Source of the DNA: Carpediemonas membranifera BICM
Taxonomy: Eukaryota > Protista > Fornicata
Direction: 5' to 3'
Assembly: GCA_019828565.1 (NCBI GenBank)
Contig: JAHDYR010000053.1
Location: 1,145,044-1,209,043 of the forward strand
DNA length: 64,000 nucleotides
Part shown: piece by piece, positions 31,309-42,502 of the stretch
How the letters are laid out: each line of letters starts with the position of its first letter
Numbering within the stretch: position 1 is the stretch's first letter
The notes under the pieces: model-generated
The model's database searches: none
Told to the model about the DNA's origin: nothing
What the model saw: the letters and a program-made list of their open reading frames with translations, nothing else
Position numbers and translations under genes: made by a program

Positions 31309-34300
31309 ATGGATAAGGGACCTTTATGTACACAGCCTGAGATTCACGCAGTCCTCTCATTTGCCGAGAAATTGGATAAGCATGTTCGCTCGGGCGGAAA
31401 GAGGCGCTTGCTTAAGCGACTCGGACCCGCGGTGACCTCATACTGCAAGGCGATGGGTACTGATATTACCAGAAAGTATCAGGCCGCAAAACATCACGAT
31501 GATGGCTCCAAAAGAACGAAGCACGAACGCGAGGACATCGTATTCCAGGCGATTGTGGACATTGTTAAGCCCTCCGATGCGATCCTTGAGCGCCGCCTTT
31601 TCGACCTATCGACCACTGGTATCGATATTGGCCGCCTATCTCTCTATATCGACCGCTTCGCTTCCCGCCGCCGTCTCATTGCACCCACGGGCAAGGATTC
31701 AGTCCTTCGCGGCCAGTTTTTGCGCGGAATCCAAGACGAAACGCTCAGAGAGGAGGTTTCTCACGCCTCCAAGGGTCTGTCACTTGACGCGACCTTTTCG
31801 ACCGCCCTCCTGACATGTAAGCGTCTGGAGGAAGCAATCAAGCTCACTTCAACGTCCAAGCCTGCCCCTGCTCAAGAGCGCGAACGCTCTAAGCAGTCCG
31901 CTGTCCGCAAACGCCCCCCGCGTGAGCAGCGCGAGCCTCAGGATCAGCCGCGCCAAGACAAGCGGCAGCAACACCAGCCCCGCCAGTATCAGACGCACTT
32001 CCACCAGCAAGGCCAACGTCACGGTCAGCGTCAGCAGCAGACGCAACACCACGGTCACCAGCGAGACATCGTATGCTTTAACTGCGGCAGGCCGAACCAC
32101 CGCGCTTTCGAATGCACCAGAGAGAAGGCCGTGTGCGCGAAGTGCGGCAAGTCGGGGCACCTAGACAAGTTCTGTCAGGTAAACCCCAGATCATGCTTCT
32201 CTGTCTCTGTTTCTACGTCGGCGGCTGAAGGCCAGCGCTCCCTACCCGTCGTGAGTGCCGTCGTCCCTATGGGTAGCGACGAATCTACCACATGGCACCG
32301 TGTCTTATTCGACTGTGGTGCTGACATTTCTCTTGTCAACCCGGCTTCCGCCAGAGCGGCCGAGCTCATTCCGACGAAGCTCGCTGCACCCATTAAGATC
32401 AAGACTCCGGGTGGAACGATCGAGACTGATACGTGTTATGAGGTGCCGTTGAAGATGTGTAAGTCACCTTTCACCCCGAAAGGTCTATCCACCACAGTCT
32501 CCGCGTATGGGGTTGACTGTGCTTATGATCTCCTCTTGTCATATCAGACCATGGTCGAGTGGGGTATTCTCCCCAGCTTGTGTGAACCGTCTCAGTCTGA
32601 CAATGAAGACGCCTTGGAGCCTTTCGTGCCAGAGCCTGAGCCGCTCCAGGCGTATACTCTGTCTTCGGACTACACTCTCACTCATGACCGCATCCTCGCA
32701 GCTTATGCTCATTGCTTTGATGCTCGAGAAGGGTTCTCAGCATTAGAGCCATACGACCTCGTACTCAAGGAGGACCGCGTCGTCGCCACGAGATCCAATT
32801 ACATACCGTACCAGAAGCAGGGCCTGTTCGACGAGCACGTCAACGAACTACTGTCGAAGAAATACATCGAGGCCAGCTTCTCGCCATACTCTTCTCCAGC
32901 ATTGCTCGTCCCCAAGGGCAAGGACAAGACCAGGATGGTCGTAGACTTCCGCAGAATCAATGATTTGACCACGCCATTCGACTATCCGATCCCCGAGGTT
33001 AACACGTGCTTGACCAGGCTTGCTGGTGCCAAGGTCTTCGCCACTCTCGACCTCTCGAAAGGGTATCACCAGGTCGAGCTGACCGAGCGTTCTAGGCAAT
33101 ACACGGCGTTTATGACCCCCCGTGGGAAGTTCCAATACACCGGAATGCCGTTCGGCCTGAAGAACGCTGGCGCGCACTTTCAGTACGCGATTGAGCGCGG
33201 GTTCCAGGACCTCTTAGGCGACGCCTGCATTATATATATAGATGACATTATCATCTTTGGACGCTCGGAGCAGGAATATCTGGCCAACCTCGCTAAGGTG
33301 CTCCGCCGATGTGACGAGCTCAAGCTATCGTTGAACAAGGAGAAGTCGCATTTCGGCCTAGCCGAAGTGGAGTTCCTAGGATGGGTTGTGTCCGGCTCGG
33401 GTTTCCGGATTGCTCCAGACAGGATCCGCGATGTAGAAGGCCTGCGGCTACCGAAGACGAAGAAGGCCACGCAGGCCCTTATGGGATTCCTCAACTTTAT
33501 GAGAGACTTTGTTCCTAACTTCTCCGAGCTTATCCGACCGTTAGCCCGGGCGGCAAGCGGCAAGGAGGCTCCGGACGGATTACCTCAGGCAGAGGCGCTG
33601 GCCAAGGTTAAGGACCGCCTCTGCCACGCACCGGCACTCGAGCACTTTGACGTTTCGAAGGATCATGTGGTCATGACAGACGCGTCTGATCTCGGGATCG
33701 GGGGTGTTCTCCTCCAGGACGGCAAGCCGGTGTGTTATATGTCCCACGCGTTCTCAGATGTGCAGACGCGTTGGAGCACGATCGAACAGGAAGCGTATGC
33801 GATTGTCACCGCCCTCCAGAGGTGGCGCCGTTTCCTGTGCTGGACGTCGTTTACTCTCCTCACTGACCACCGGAACCTGGTCTACATGTCACGATCGTCT
33901 AACGCAAAAAGTCCAGCGTTGGTACGAGTCAATCGCAGACCTAGACTTCACAGTGAAGCATGTGGCCGGGGTTGACAACGGAGCGGCGGACGGGCTGAGT
34001 CGAGTCTTCTCCGCAACTGCCAGACAGGCAACAGCTACCGATGACGAGATCCAGGCAGCTCATATGCACGGCCAGGCCCACCTCCCGGTTTATACGACGG
34101 TAGAGTGGCTGAGATCTAACGGGCTCCGGGCTCCAGTGGATAGGGTAGCGCGGGTCATGGATCGTTGCCCCGTGTGCCAACTTACCGCCAAGCCGGCCGA
34201 GGCGTCCAGACCGTACCTCCACACGGCGAGCCTGCGACCGTTCCAGCGGGTAGCCATGGATACTATTGGCCCCCTGCCAGAGTCTCGCGGGTACAAGTTC

Positions 34301-35272
34301 ATCTTAGTTATTATTGATATGGCCTCGCGGTGGACCGAGCTCGTCCCACTCAAGTCCACAAGGGCGGACGAAGCTGTGACTGCCTTCGTCAACGGATGGA
34401 TTCTCCGGTACGGCGTGCCCAGAGTTCTACAGACAGACGGTGGCAAGCAGTTCGTCAACAAGCTATTCACAGATCTATCGGTGCGCGTAGGGTTTGCTAC
34501 TCACGTCACCACCCCGTACCATCCACAGTCAAACGGCATTGTGGAACGGGCGAACAGCCGCATTGAGCGCATTTTACGCAACAGGCAATACCAGCTTCGG
34601 AGCGAGTTGTGGTCAGACTCCCTCCCTGTCGCGCAGTATATCGTCAACGCGTCTCCCCACACCGCGACACGCTTAACACCGGCCGAGGTCATCTTCGGTA
34701 GCGATTTCCGTGTCCCGGCAGACGTGATGATGGCAGACGTCCAGAGTATGGCTGGACAGCCCAGCAGTAATGTTCAAGCAGCTCAGTTAGCCCGAGACTT
34801 GGCAGAGGCGAGAATCAAGGTCATGCACCAAGATGCGCTAGACAAAGTGTCAGCAACGACACCTATCTCGTCCGACTATGTGTTGGTCAAGTACCCGAAT
34901 GGACCGCCGTCCAAGTTGGCGTCAGGATGGCGAGGGCCTATGAAGCTAGTGCGTCCTATCGTGAGGCAGAACCTCACGGTGGGCTATGTCGTCAAGGATG
35001 TCAACACAAAGAAGGAGTTCCAAGTCGCCTCGGAGAGAGTTCGCGCCTTTATGGGTGAGTTGTCCGAGCAACGGGCTCAGGAACTCGCGGCAGTCACGCT
35101 CGGTGAATATCTGGTCGAGTCCATACTAGAGTCGACGAGTGAGGCCAGGATGAGAGACAGGAAGTTCCGGGTTAGATGGCTGGGATATGAGCCGTCAGAG
35201 GACACATGGGAACCATATGGGAATGTCAAGGGTTGTGAAGCACTGGATGTATTCCTGGGAAGGGCCAAGTAA
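31309..35272 (+). CDS. gag-pol: Gy-B gag-pol single ORF (two CCHC knuckles, PR, RT, RH, IN, chromodomain); one frameshift in an A5 run at about 33908
   Basis: CFNCGRPNHRAFEC, CAKCGKSGHLDKFC, LFDCGA, YIDD, TDASD, TDGGKQF, YLVESIL...FRVRWLGYEPSEDTWEP. Confidence 0.95.
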
Positions 35273-35301
35273 ATGGCGCCCAGAGAGAGTCACAATCTGA
35301 T

Positions 35302-36630
35302 TTATTCAATGGCACCAAGGCTGTCACCAAGCTCAAAGAAGATGCCGTCATGCTCCCAGCGCCGACGAACACGACGCCATAAGTTATGCTCGTTGAGATA
35401 ACGAGTGACAGGCATGGTGCGGCAAAGATCCTGGGTCAGGAAGGTCAGTGACGGCAGCGGATAGCCCGAAAACTGGACGAGCAGGATGAACGACTCCTCC
35501 TGGCGGGCGTTCTCGTAGAGCTCGATGTGCTCTTTGACCTCCACCACACCGTACGCGGCGGACGTGTCCGTGAGCTGGAGCGTGAACAGCTCCTTGTTCA
35601 TGGCAAGCTCCATAGCCGGGAGATGCTCAAGCCGGACACAGGTCCAATAGGCCCGAACGAAGTCGCGGGAGCGGGTGGCGGTCAGGCGCGAGGCACCGCG
35701 GTTCTCAGCCGCCATAAGCAGCGAGAACATGGCTGGGTGTCGGCCTGCCATCACCACGCGCTTGAGGAGGTCCACCACCACATCACGAGAGACCGTGGCA
35801 CCCGGCTCTCGAGTGCGCTTCAGCGCCAGGAGGGCTCCCTCAGCTGTGGCGACGTGGTTTGTGGCAAACCGGTCGCTCGTCCCGCCCTGGACCAGAGCCG
35901 CGGCTACGGCGCGAGTGTCTTGGACACCCTCCATGGAGCGCTGGAGAGCGCACCCGATGGCCGTCACCTCCGCGAACCGACGAAGGATGTCGGCAGAGAC
36001 GTAAGCAGCCGTGACCTCGGTCATAGCGCTGCCGAAGAGCTTCCCGGTCTGAACTCGGTCGAGGAGGGCTGTGAAATTGACTTCGAAGCAGTTGGAGAAG
36101 CGAGCAGTGCTGATCTCCGCAAAGGTGGTGCGGAAGGTCTCGACCTGACGCTGCTCGCGTGCCGGAAGAGGTTCGGCGGGCTCGGTCGGCTCGGCGACGG
36201 TCACAATAGCCCTAGGGGTTTCGACATTGGCGCGGTAGCGGGTCTGTCGGTGGAATGGGCGGACAGGGACCTCTACGACACGCTGGTTGAACTCAGCGCC
36301 CAGCTCACTCGTGCGGGTGATTGTGGTCTGAGCAGATTCGGGATGGCAGTCGGTGATGTGCCGTCCGGAGCGTCGAGGTCGGAGAACGGTGCGATCGGGA
36401 GCTGAACCAGCTTCTTGGTGCGAAATGGCATCACCATCGGTGTTCTCAGCGGTGTTTTCAGTGGATGGAGGCGTGTGAGAACCTTCAGTAGCTTCCTGGG
36501 AGCCGTCACCATTCAGCAGCTCGACATGCTTTCGCTTCAAGGCCTGAAGATCGGAGATGAGCACACCAGTAGGATTGGCCGTCATATACTGGTCGATTGC
36601 AGCAAAGAGTTCCTCCTCTACGTTTGTCAT
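35302..36630 (-). CDS. Gy-B antisense accessory ORF (about 442 aa) with C-terminal chromo-like domain
   Basis: Uninterrupted ORF inside the LTRs, homologous to 62427-63249 in Gy-D; TATATAA about 55 bp upstream; stop within AATAAA. Confidence 0.8.
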   Translation of the reverse strand: MTNVEEELFAAIDQYMTANPTGVLISDLQALKRKHVELLNGDGSQEATEGSHTPPSTENTAENTDGDAISHQEAGSAPDRTVLRPRRSGRHITDCHPESAQTTITRTSELGAEFNQRVVEVPVRPFHRQTRYRANVETPRAIVTVAEPTEPAEPLPAREQRQVETFRTTFAEISTARFSNCFEVNFTALLDRVQTGKLFGSAMTEVTAAYVSADILRRFAEVTAIGCALQRSMEGVQDTRAVAAALVQGGTSDRFATNHVATAEGALLALKRTREPGATVSRDVVVDLLKRVVMAGRHPAMFSLLMAAENRGASRLTATRSRDFVRAYWTCVRLEHLPAMELAMNKELFTLQLTDTSAAYGVVEVKEHIELYENARQEESFILLVQFSGYPLPSLTFLTQDLCRTMPVTRYLNEHNLWRRVRRRWEHDGIFFELGDSLGAIE

Positions 36631-36896
36631 AGCGCCGTTTGAAATCTGGGAGGCGTCCCAGATTTGATTTACATGTATACATGAGTTATATAATCTCAGG
36701 AGGACACCCACCGCGCAAGTTACAGACGCTGAGCACGCCTGTATAGCCAATACTGGCCAAGGGACAGCCGTTCACGTATTCTCTCGCGCGTTTTATGCCG
36801 AGACGAGATCTCGAGGAAAAGGGGAAGAAAAACACCTCCAAGAAGTGATAATGGACAAAGTTTATACGAAGAACGTGGTTTTGATGTTGGTTATTC

Positions 36897-37094
36897 ATGA
36901 TGGAGCTCGTATTCTGGGCACAAGAAGTCCGAGCGGAGACGAAGAGAAGAAAACTCCCGTATCTCGCCAAGGAAGCGGAATTGGAGCTAGTTAACTGCAT
37001 TTTTGAAGCCTATGTAAGAAATAGCGGAAGAGGAGCACAAACCGCCAACTATTCCGAATCAAGCCGAATGCATGACATAACCTGCACGGTTTGA
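36897..37094 (+). CDS. Gy-B small sense ORF or exon with conserved PxLxxE...FExYVR motif
   Basis: The motif recurs at equivalent positions in Gy-C and Gy-F with synonymous changes. Confidence 0.5.
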   Translation: MMELVFWAQEVRAETKRRKLPYLAKEAELELVNCIFEAYVRNSGRGAQTANYSESSRMHDITCTV

Positions 37095-37507
37095 TGCAAT
37101 CAGACAGAACACTGGTATGTATCGACTACTAGGAGGGGCAGGATCCCCAGGTAAGATACCCATGACACAGCGCGCTTATTTAGTGGTACCACGAGTCTTT
37201 TCGAATCTGTAGAATCTTTGCGCAATCTAGAAAATCTTTAGAGAATTTCCGTGGGTGGACTCCACGCCGGGCGATGGCTTAGGACGCTATGTCGTCAGCC
37301 TAGTCAACGGATACTATCCGGCGTACACGCAAGTCCCGTGTGCGCGACGGTCAGCCCTCTAAGTTGAACTTAGTTGGCATCCCCGGATCACTGGTCATTC
37401 CCCAGCGATCGACGGTTATAGGGTCAGCACTCTTGGGCTGTTCCCCCAAGACCTGATTAACAATGGTATCCTTTTCGTGATGCTCTTAACAGAGCATGGG
37501 GGGGAAG

Positions 37508-37615
37508 TGTCAGCCATTTATATATGAGATACGTATTTGATACGGTCTTGATCCGTCCAGCTCGACACCCTTGTGTCGAGCTCTCTTTGTAAAGTCTTTT
37601 TCCTTAGTGATCACA
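37508..37615 (+). repeat. Gy-B 3' LTR
   Basis: Identical to 31181-31288. Confidence 0.95.
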
Positions 37616-37619
37616 GTAG

Positions 37620-37856
37620 GACGTCATCAGGCATAAGGCGCTGCTCCACCCAGGCGATGAACGCGTCCAACTTGATGGTAGCGGGGTCATGGTCATCCGC
37701 TTGTAGCTCTAAACGCGTTGACGGGGAAAGGAGGATGCTTAAGGGGAGTTTCTTGTGAGTGTCGAGGAATATTGTGGCTTTGGCCTTGAAGTCTTGGAGG
37801 GACTCAAAGGTAGCTGTTTCGGTATCGATTGACGGAGTTTCAAACGTCAGGGACAT
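37620..37856 (-). CDS. gag: Gy-A gag N-terminus
   Basis: ATG 21 nt after the 5' LTR; continues in frame at 31180. Confidence 0.85.
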
Positions 37857-37866
37857 CGCAATGACT

Positions 37867-37878
37867 AGTATTAATACT
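37867..37878 (-). promoter_or_regulatory. Palindrome AGTATTAATACT at the PBS position (Gy-A)
   Basis: Perfect 12-bp palindrome overlapping the last LTR base. Confidence 0.85.
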
Positions 37879-37940
37879 GTGAAGCGAACTGTTTATAGGT
37901 AAACCGTCTAAAGGTAAAAATGGTCTAAACTACCGTGACA
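37878..37940 (-). repeat. Gy-A 5' LTR (63 bp)
   Basis: Identical to 27149-27211. Confidence 0.95.
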
Positions 37941-38672
37941 CGGGCCCCCGTTCTGCCTGGCACCCGCCACCGGGGCCTTCTGCTCGGTTTCCCCCTACAG
38001 GGCTCCTCTCAGGGATATGTTCTCCATACCATTCGACCCAGTTTGCAATTTTTCAGGCACCCGCCGAAGCGGTTTCGGGCTTGGCGTTTGCCGTACCACG
38101 CAATTGGGCCAGTTATGAAACCCACCGATCATCGCTGGGTAGCTATATGATTCACGGCTGCGTTCGGGCTCTTCCACACTTTCCGTTCCGGCATGGATCC
38201 CCTCCTCAAGGATTTGTTCCCTATAGGGCTTCTTCCTAGCTTCCGGCTGGTTCCAAGTTTTGGGTGCCGGGCCGTTCGGCGCAGCTCTGATTTGGTCCAG
38301 GTGCCGCCCAGGTGGTATTGTTGCCTTATGGTTACCCTCCTGTTTGGCTGCTGCGCCCCGATACCTCGCACGTACGTGTATACATGTGCATACGTGCCCC
38401 GCCCTATGGCTCTGGGTTATTTCTTATACGTGTGAAGAGTGTGCCGGTTCTGCCGGCTGAATGTTGTCTACGTTCCCAGTATGGGTGAGCGTTTGTGTGT
38501 TAGCGAGATTAGTGTTCGGGGTTGAGTCCCCCTTCCGCGGCTGGGTGCTACCGGGATACGTGGGGCTTGCGTCCCCCGCTGATCCCAGGAGCGCTCCGCT
38601 TCGGTTGAGGCGGGGGGTTGGGTCCCAGTTTGACCCTGGTCCCAGAGGTCATAGGATTCTGGGATGGTGTAC

Positions 38673-41600
38673 TTACCCGTCTTTCCGGAGGTTCAGAAGG
38701 GCACGTCTGCCGTTCTGCAGTCCCTCTCTGACGGTATGGTCCTCGCTGCGGAGGAGCCAGAGCATTTCCAGGATTTCCCTTGAGTTGTACCACTCCGCCT
38801 CCTGTCCTTGCCTTAGGGCGTGGTACTGTGTGCGTAGATGCGCCTCCGCCAGGATGTCATTCCATCCTTCTGGGCGTTCTACCGCCTTGCATTGGCAGAT
38901 GATGTGGCTTTGTGTTCCCAGGGGCTGGTTGTATGCCCATTCTGAGAGGATTTTGGTGGTTTCCGCCGCGGTTCTGGTGACAGTGTACAGGCGAGTAATG
39001 GTGTCACCTTCTGAGTCCAGGGTACATAGGGGGCAACACCGCTTGATCCTGCTCAGGAGGGCCTGGGGCTGGCCGATCGCGCTCCCAAGTATGGCTCTGC
39101 TTCTGCCACTGTTGCTGGGGGAGGGGAGTGTGTTGGATGCAGTCATGATTACTCTCTTGACTTCCCGTCTGGTTATCATCTCACCCTTGATCATTCCTGG
39201 TTTCTTGGGTCTCTTCCCTTGCTGCATGCTGAGGATGACTTCCGGGGCTAGTACTGTTGCCACCCCTTTGGCCGTTCGGCTCCCGGTGTGCAGTAGTTCT
39301 TCTGCTGTGAGGGTCCAGCCTCCCCTCTTTGCTCTTTCCCTGGCCGGGTCGTGCGCAGACTCATAGAGCCTCACCGCTCTCTGCCCCATATCTGCCTCCC
39401 AGCACATCCATCCCATTAGTACACGGGCGGCTCCTCCTCCCCCTGGTCCTGTGCCTGCCATTAGGCCGCGCCAGTTGTTCCAGATGGCTCTTCCCCCTGG
39501 CGCTTGGCCCCAGATCTCGATCCCGAACTCGATCTTGGGCCAGAGGAAGGTTCTGAGGATGGATTCCGAGGTGGCGGCCGGGGTGGATCCTTTGGTCCAC
39601 CCTGCTCTCCTTGCCAGGGCTAGGTATTTCCGGGATTGTGACGTCTTCATTTTGATGCATGCTGCCAACGGATTCTTCCCGCTGGCTAGCCAGAGTCCCA
39701 GATACCTTGCTGAGTCTGACGCCAGTGTGGGAGTTCCTTGGATGCTGACCGCTGCAGTTACGTCGGTACTTATCACCACACTTTTGCCTGGGCTGGTCTG
39801 GAGTCCATGGGCTTCAATTACCCTGACTACTGCGTCTGTGCCTTCTTCGGCGAGCTGCGGGGTCTCGGCTGAGATGCTTGTATCATCTACAAACATTGCA
39901 ATGAGGCAGTTTTTGGGCCTATCGTCCGTTGGAGGGAGGCAGGGGTCCGGGATCTCTCTATGCCGGAGGTACAGTGCCGCCTGGCTTAGCCAGTTAGCTG
40001 TGAAGAGGATGAACAGAGTGGGGGCCACCACACATCCTTGCTTGACCCCCATGTTTGTTCTGGACCATGTGCTTGCCCCTCGTACCGAGATGTACGTTTC
40101 TGTAAGTGTATTTCGGATGGCCCTCGTCAGTCTTGGGTGTACCCCCATGAGCGTCAACTTGTTCACCAGCAGGTCCCTTGGGACCGTATCATATGCTTTT
40201 GCTATGTCAAGTAGGACGCTGGTACGGTTTCCGGACTGGTGGAGTTGGGCTAGGAGGGCTATGTGATCCACTACAGTTTTCCCTTTCATGAACCCAACTT
40301 GCTCTCTGGGGATGAACTTCTCCACCGTCGGCCTGAGGCGCCATTTCAGTATCCTCCCGTAGGCTCTGTATAGGAGGGGGGGTGAGGGAGATCGGTCTGT
40401 ACGAGCTGGGCGTGAGCTTGTCCTTCCCAACCTTGTGGATAGGCGACACCGCTGCATACTTCCATGTGGTTGGCATGGTCCCGCTGTCGTATACTTTCGC
40501 GAGCAGGACTGTGATTGCCTCGTACGCTGACTCGGGGAGGTCCCTCAGACAATCTCCAATAATCCCGTCCGGGCCTCCGGCCGAGGACTTCCTTATGGAC
40601 TTGACCGCCGCTGTCACTTCTTCAAGCGATGGCGGATGGTCCTCCATGTCCGTTTCCGGCTCGGTTTCCCAGGTGGGTTCCCAGGTGGGTTCCTTCCCGG
40701 AGCTTACCTTCGCGTACTGCTCCTGGAGGGAGTCTGCAATCTCCCTCTGCCTTGCTAGAATCTTGTTTCCAGCCTTCAGCATCACCGGGAGACCGGCGTG
40801 CTGCTTCTCGTTCCAGAAGCGGAACACTTGGTTTGCGAGGATCCTTTTTGTCGTTTTGTACCCATCACGGGATCCAACCTCAACCTGCTCATTCCAGTCA
40901 TGTTGGAAGGTCCTCCATGATCTGCTCAGTGCTCCGTTGAGGGACTTTTTGATATCTTTGGCGGCGGTTTTGCTCCAGGTGGAGGCTTTGGCCAGCCGTT
41001 CCCATACCTCACTAGGGATACGTTCCTGGTTTTCTACAGCGAATGGGTGCCTTCTGGAGGTAGCAAACCCGGTGGACAACCATTTCCTTATGAGAGTCTC
41101 CATCTCGTCCACTGGTATTTTGCTGTCTAGTGGTGGCCACTCTTCTAGCTTGGGCCCTGTTCTCCTGGGTTTGACCAGCCACGTATCGATCCGTGGGATT
41201 TCCAGTCTCTTTGATATCTCTGGTTTCCCTGTCGGGTTGCTATCCCAGGTGAGCTCTATGGCTTTGTGTGCCGACCCCCAGTGCCCGATTGTGGTCTTGT
41301 CTATTACCCTAACAACCGGGTTTTGGATACCCCCTGTTACCGCTGCATAGTCTATTGTGGACGTTCGGGAGTTAGTCCCGTACGTCGGTGCAGTTGGTGC
41401 TATTGGGGTGAGGTTCCATCGCTGGAGGGTCATCGCAGTTGCTTGCCTGAGTTTCCCTGGCCTCCTGTTCCAGTCCCCGATGATGATGATGTCACACCCC
41501 TCATAGTTCGCGACGGTTTGCTCTAGCATCCGGTCGAACTCCTCAATCTCGGGTCGTGCACATCCACTATCGGGAGCGTAGATATTGATGACTGCCGTGG

Positions 41601-41928
41601 CCCTCGATGCTTTGAGGATGCTTACTTGGATTCGTGGGTTCGTCCCGTCGGACACGCCTACGTCCCATTCCGCTTTGGAGTGCGGGCTAATCAGTGTGGC
41701 CAGTCCCTTTGTGGGTCGCTTGCGCGTTGCCTCTAATGGCTTGACCTCTCCTGCACAGGCGTACTGGAGATCTACCCAGCAAGGGATGGTGGTATTACCG
41801 TACCGCTTGGTTTCCTGGAGGAGGATCGCATCAGTCCTTATCCTCTTGCGGATGGATAAAGCTATGGATCCGCTGTAATCGTTTGCGCCCGCTAGGTGCC
41901 CTTCGCTGTTTAGCGATATTATTCTCAT
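38673..41928 (-). CDS. LINE-2 ORF2 (APE-RT-CCHC), one frameshift in a homopolymer run at about 40380
   Basis: ISLNSEG, LQET, INIYAP, GDWN, TIDY, SAH; YRPISL, LDIAKAYD, GVKQG, FVDD, YLG; CPLC...HIICQC. Confidence 0.93.
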
Positions 41929-42502
41929 TCAGGTTGTTCTGACATAAACTGCGGGAGTTACCCTGCGCGCACTAATCTGCTCTTTGTAGACATTCCCTTT
42001 TTGGGCGTACCTTTTGGTGGGTTGCTGAGGCCTCTAACCGAGCAGTCGTTTCCTTTTGGGCAGGCTTGTGCCTGTATTCCCTTAGTTCCCGGCCTAGGGC
42101 ATACCATTCCCTTTCACAGTCGGGGCCTCACGATGCTTGTCGGCATTGCTGCCGGTCTCCGCTTAGCTTCCTTCCTCGCCGCATGGCAGGACCATTACCT
42201 AACGAGCTTAGGTGGGAGCGACAGTGGTTGTTGCCCCTCCCAAGGCTGGAGTTACAGCCTGCCGGACAGGCAGGGCTCTTTTTACCTTTTGGTAACCCTG
42301 CCCCCGGCCCCTGTGGGGCACAGGGGTTTGTTGAAAAAAAGAATGTGTTGCATTTTTGCTCCCGCCGGAATGGTTCGCCGGTGTCCATTTGGACTTTAAG
42401 GCCCTACTAGTCACAGCCTGGCCATACATGCTGGTTCATATATATACTTTTAGCTCAGACTTATATCACACTACCCTCTGCACCTCTTACTTATGATTGT
42501 TT

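Larger units (their letters stand above)
31181..37615 (+). mobile_element. Gy-B: complete, apparently recent Gypsy chromovirus-like element (6435 bp) with 2.2 kb accessory region
   Basis: Identical 108-bp LTRs at 31181-31288 and 37508-37615; TSD GTAG; PPT GGGGGGGAAG. Confidence 0.97.
27149..37940 (-). mobile_element. Gy-A: complete Gypsy element (about 4.35 kb) with Gy-B inserted in gag
   Basis: Identical 63-bp LTRs at 27149-27211 and 37878-37940; TSD CGGG; PPT AAAGAGAGGGTAG. Confidence 0.96.

Noticed and set aside
35302-36630. env gene
   Set aside because: Antisense orientation, with no signal peptide or transmembrane segment evident.
39451-41350. Long plus-strand ORFs opposite LINE and Gypsy coding regions
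   Set aside because: Antisense shadows of GC-rich coding sequence with no motifs.
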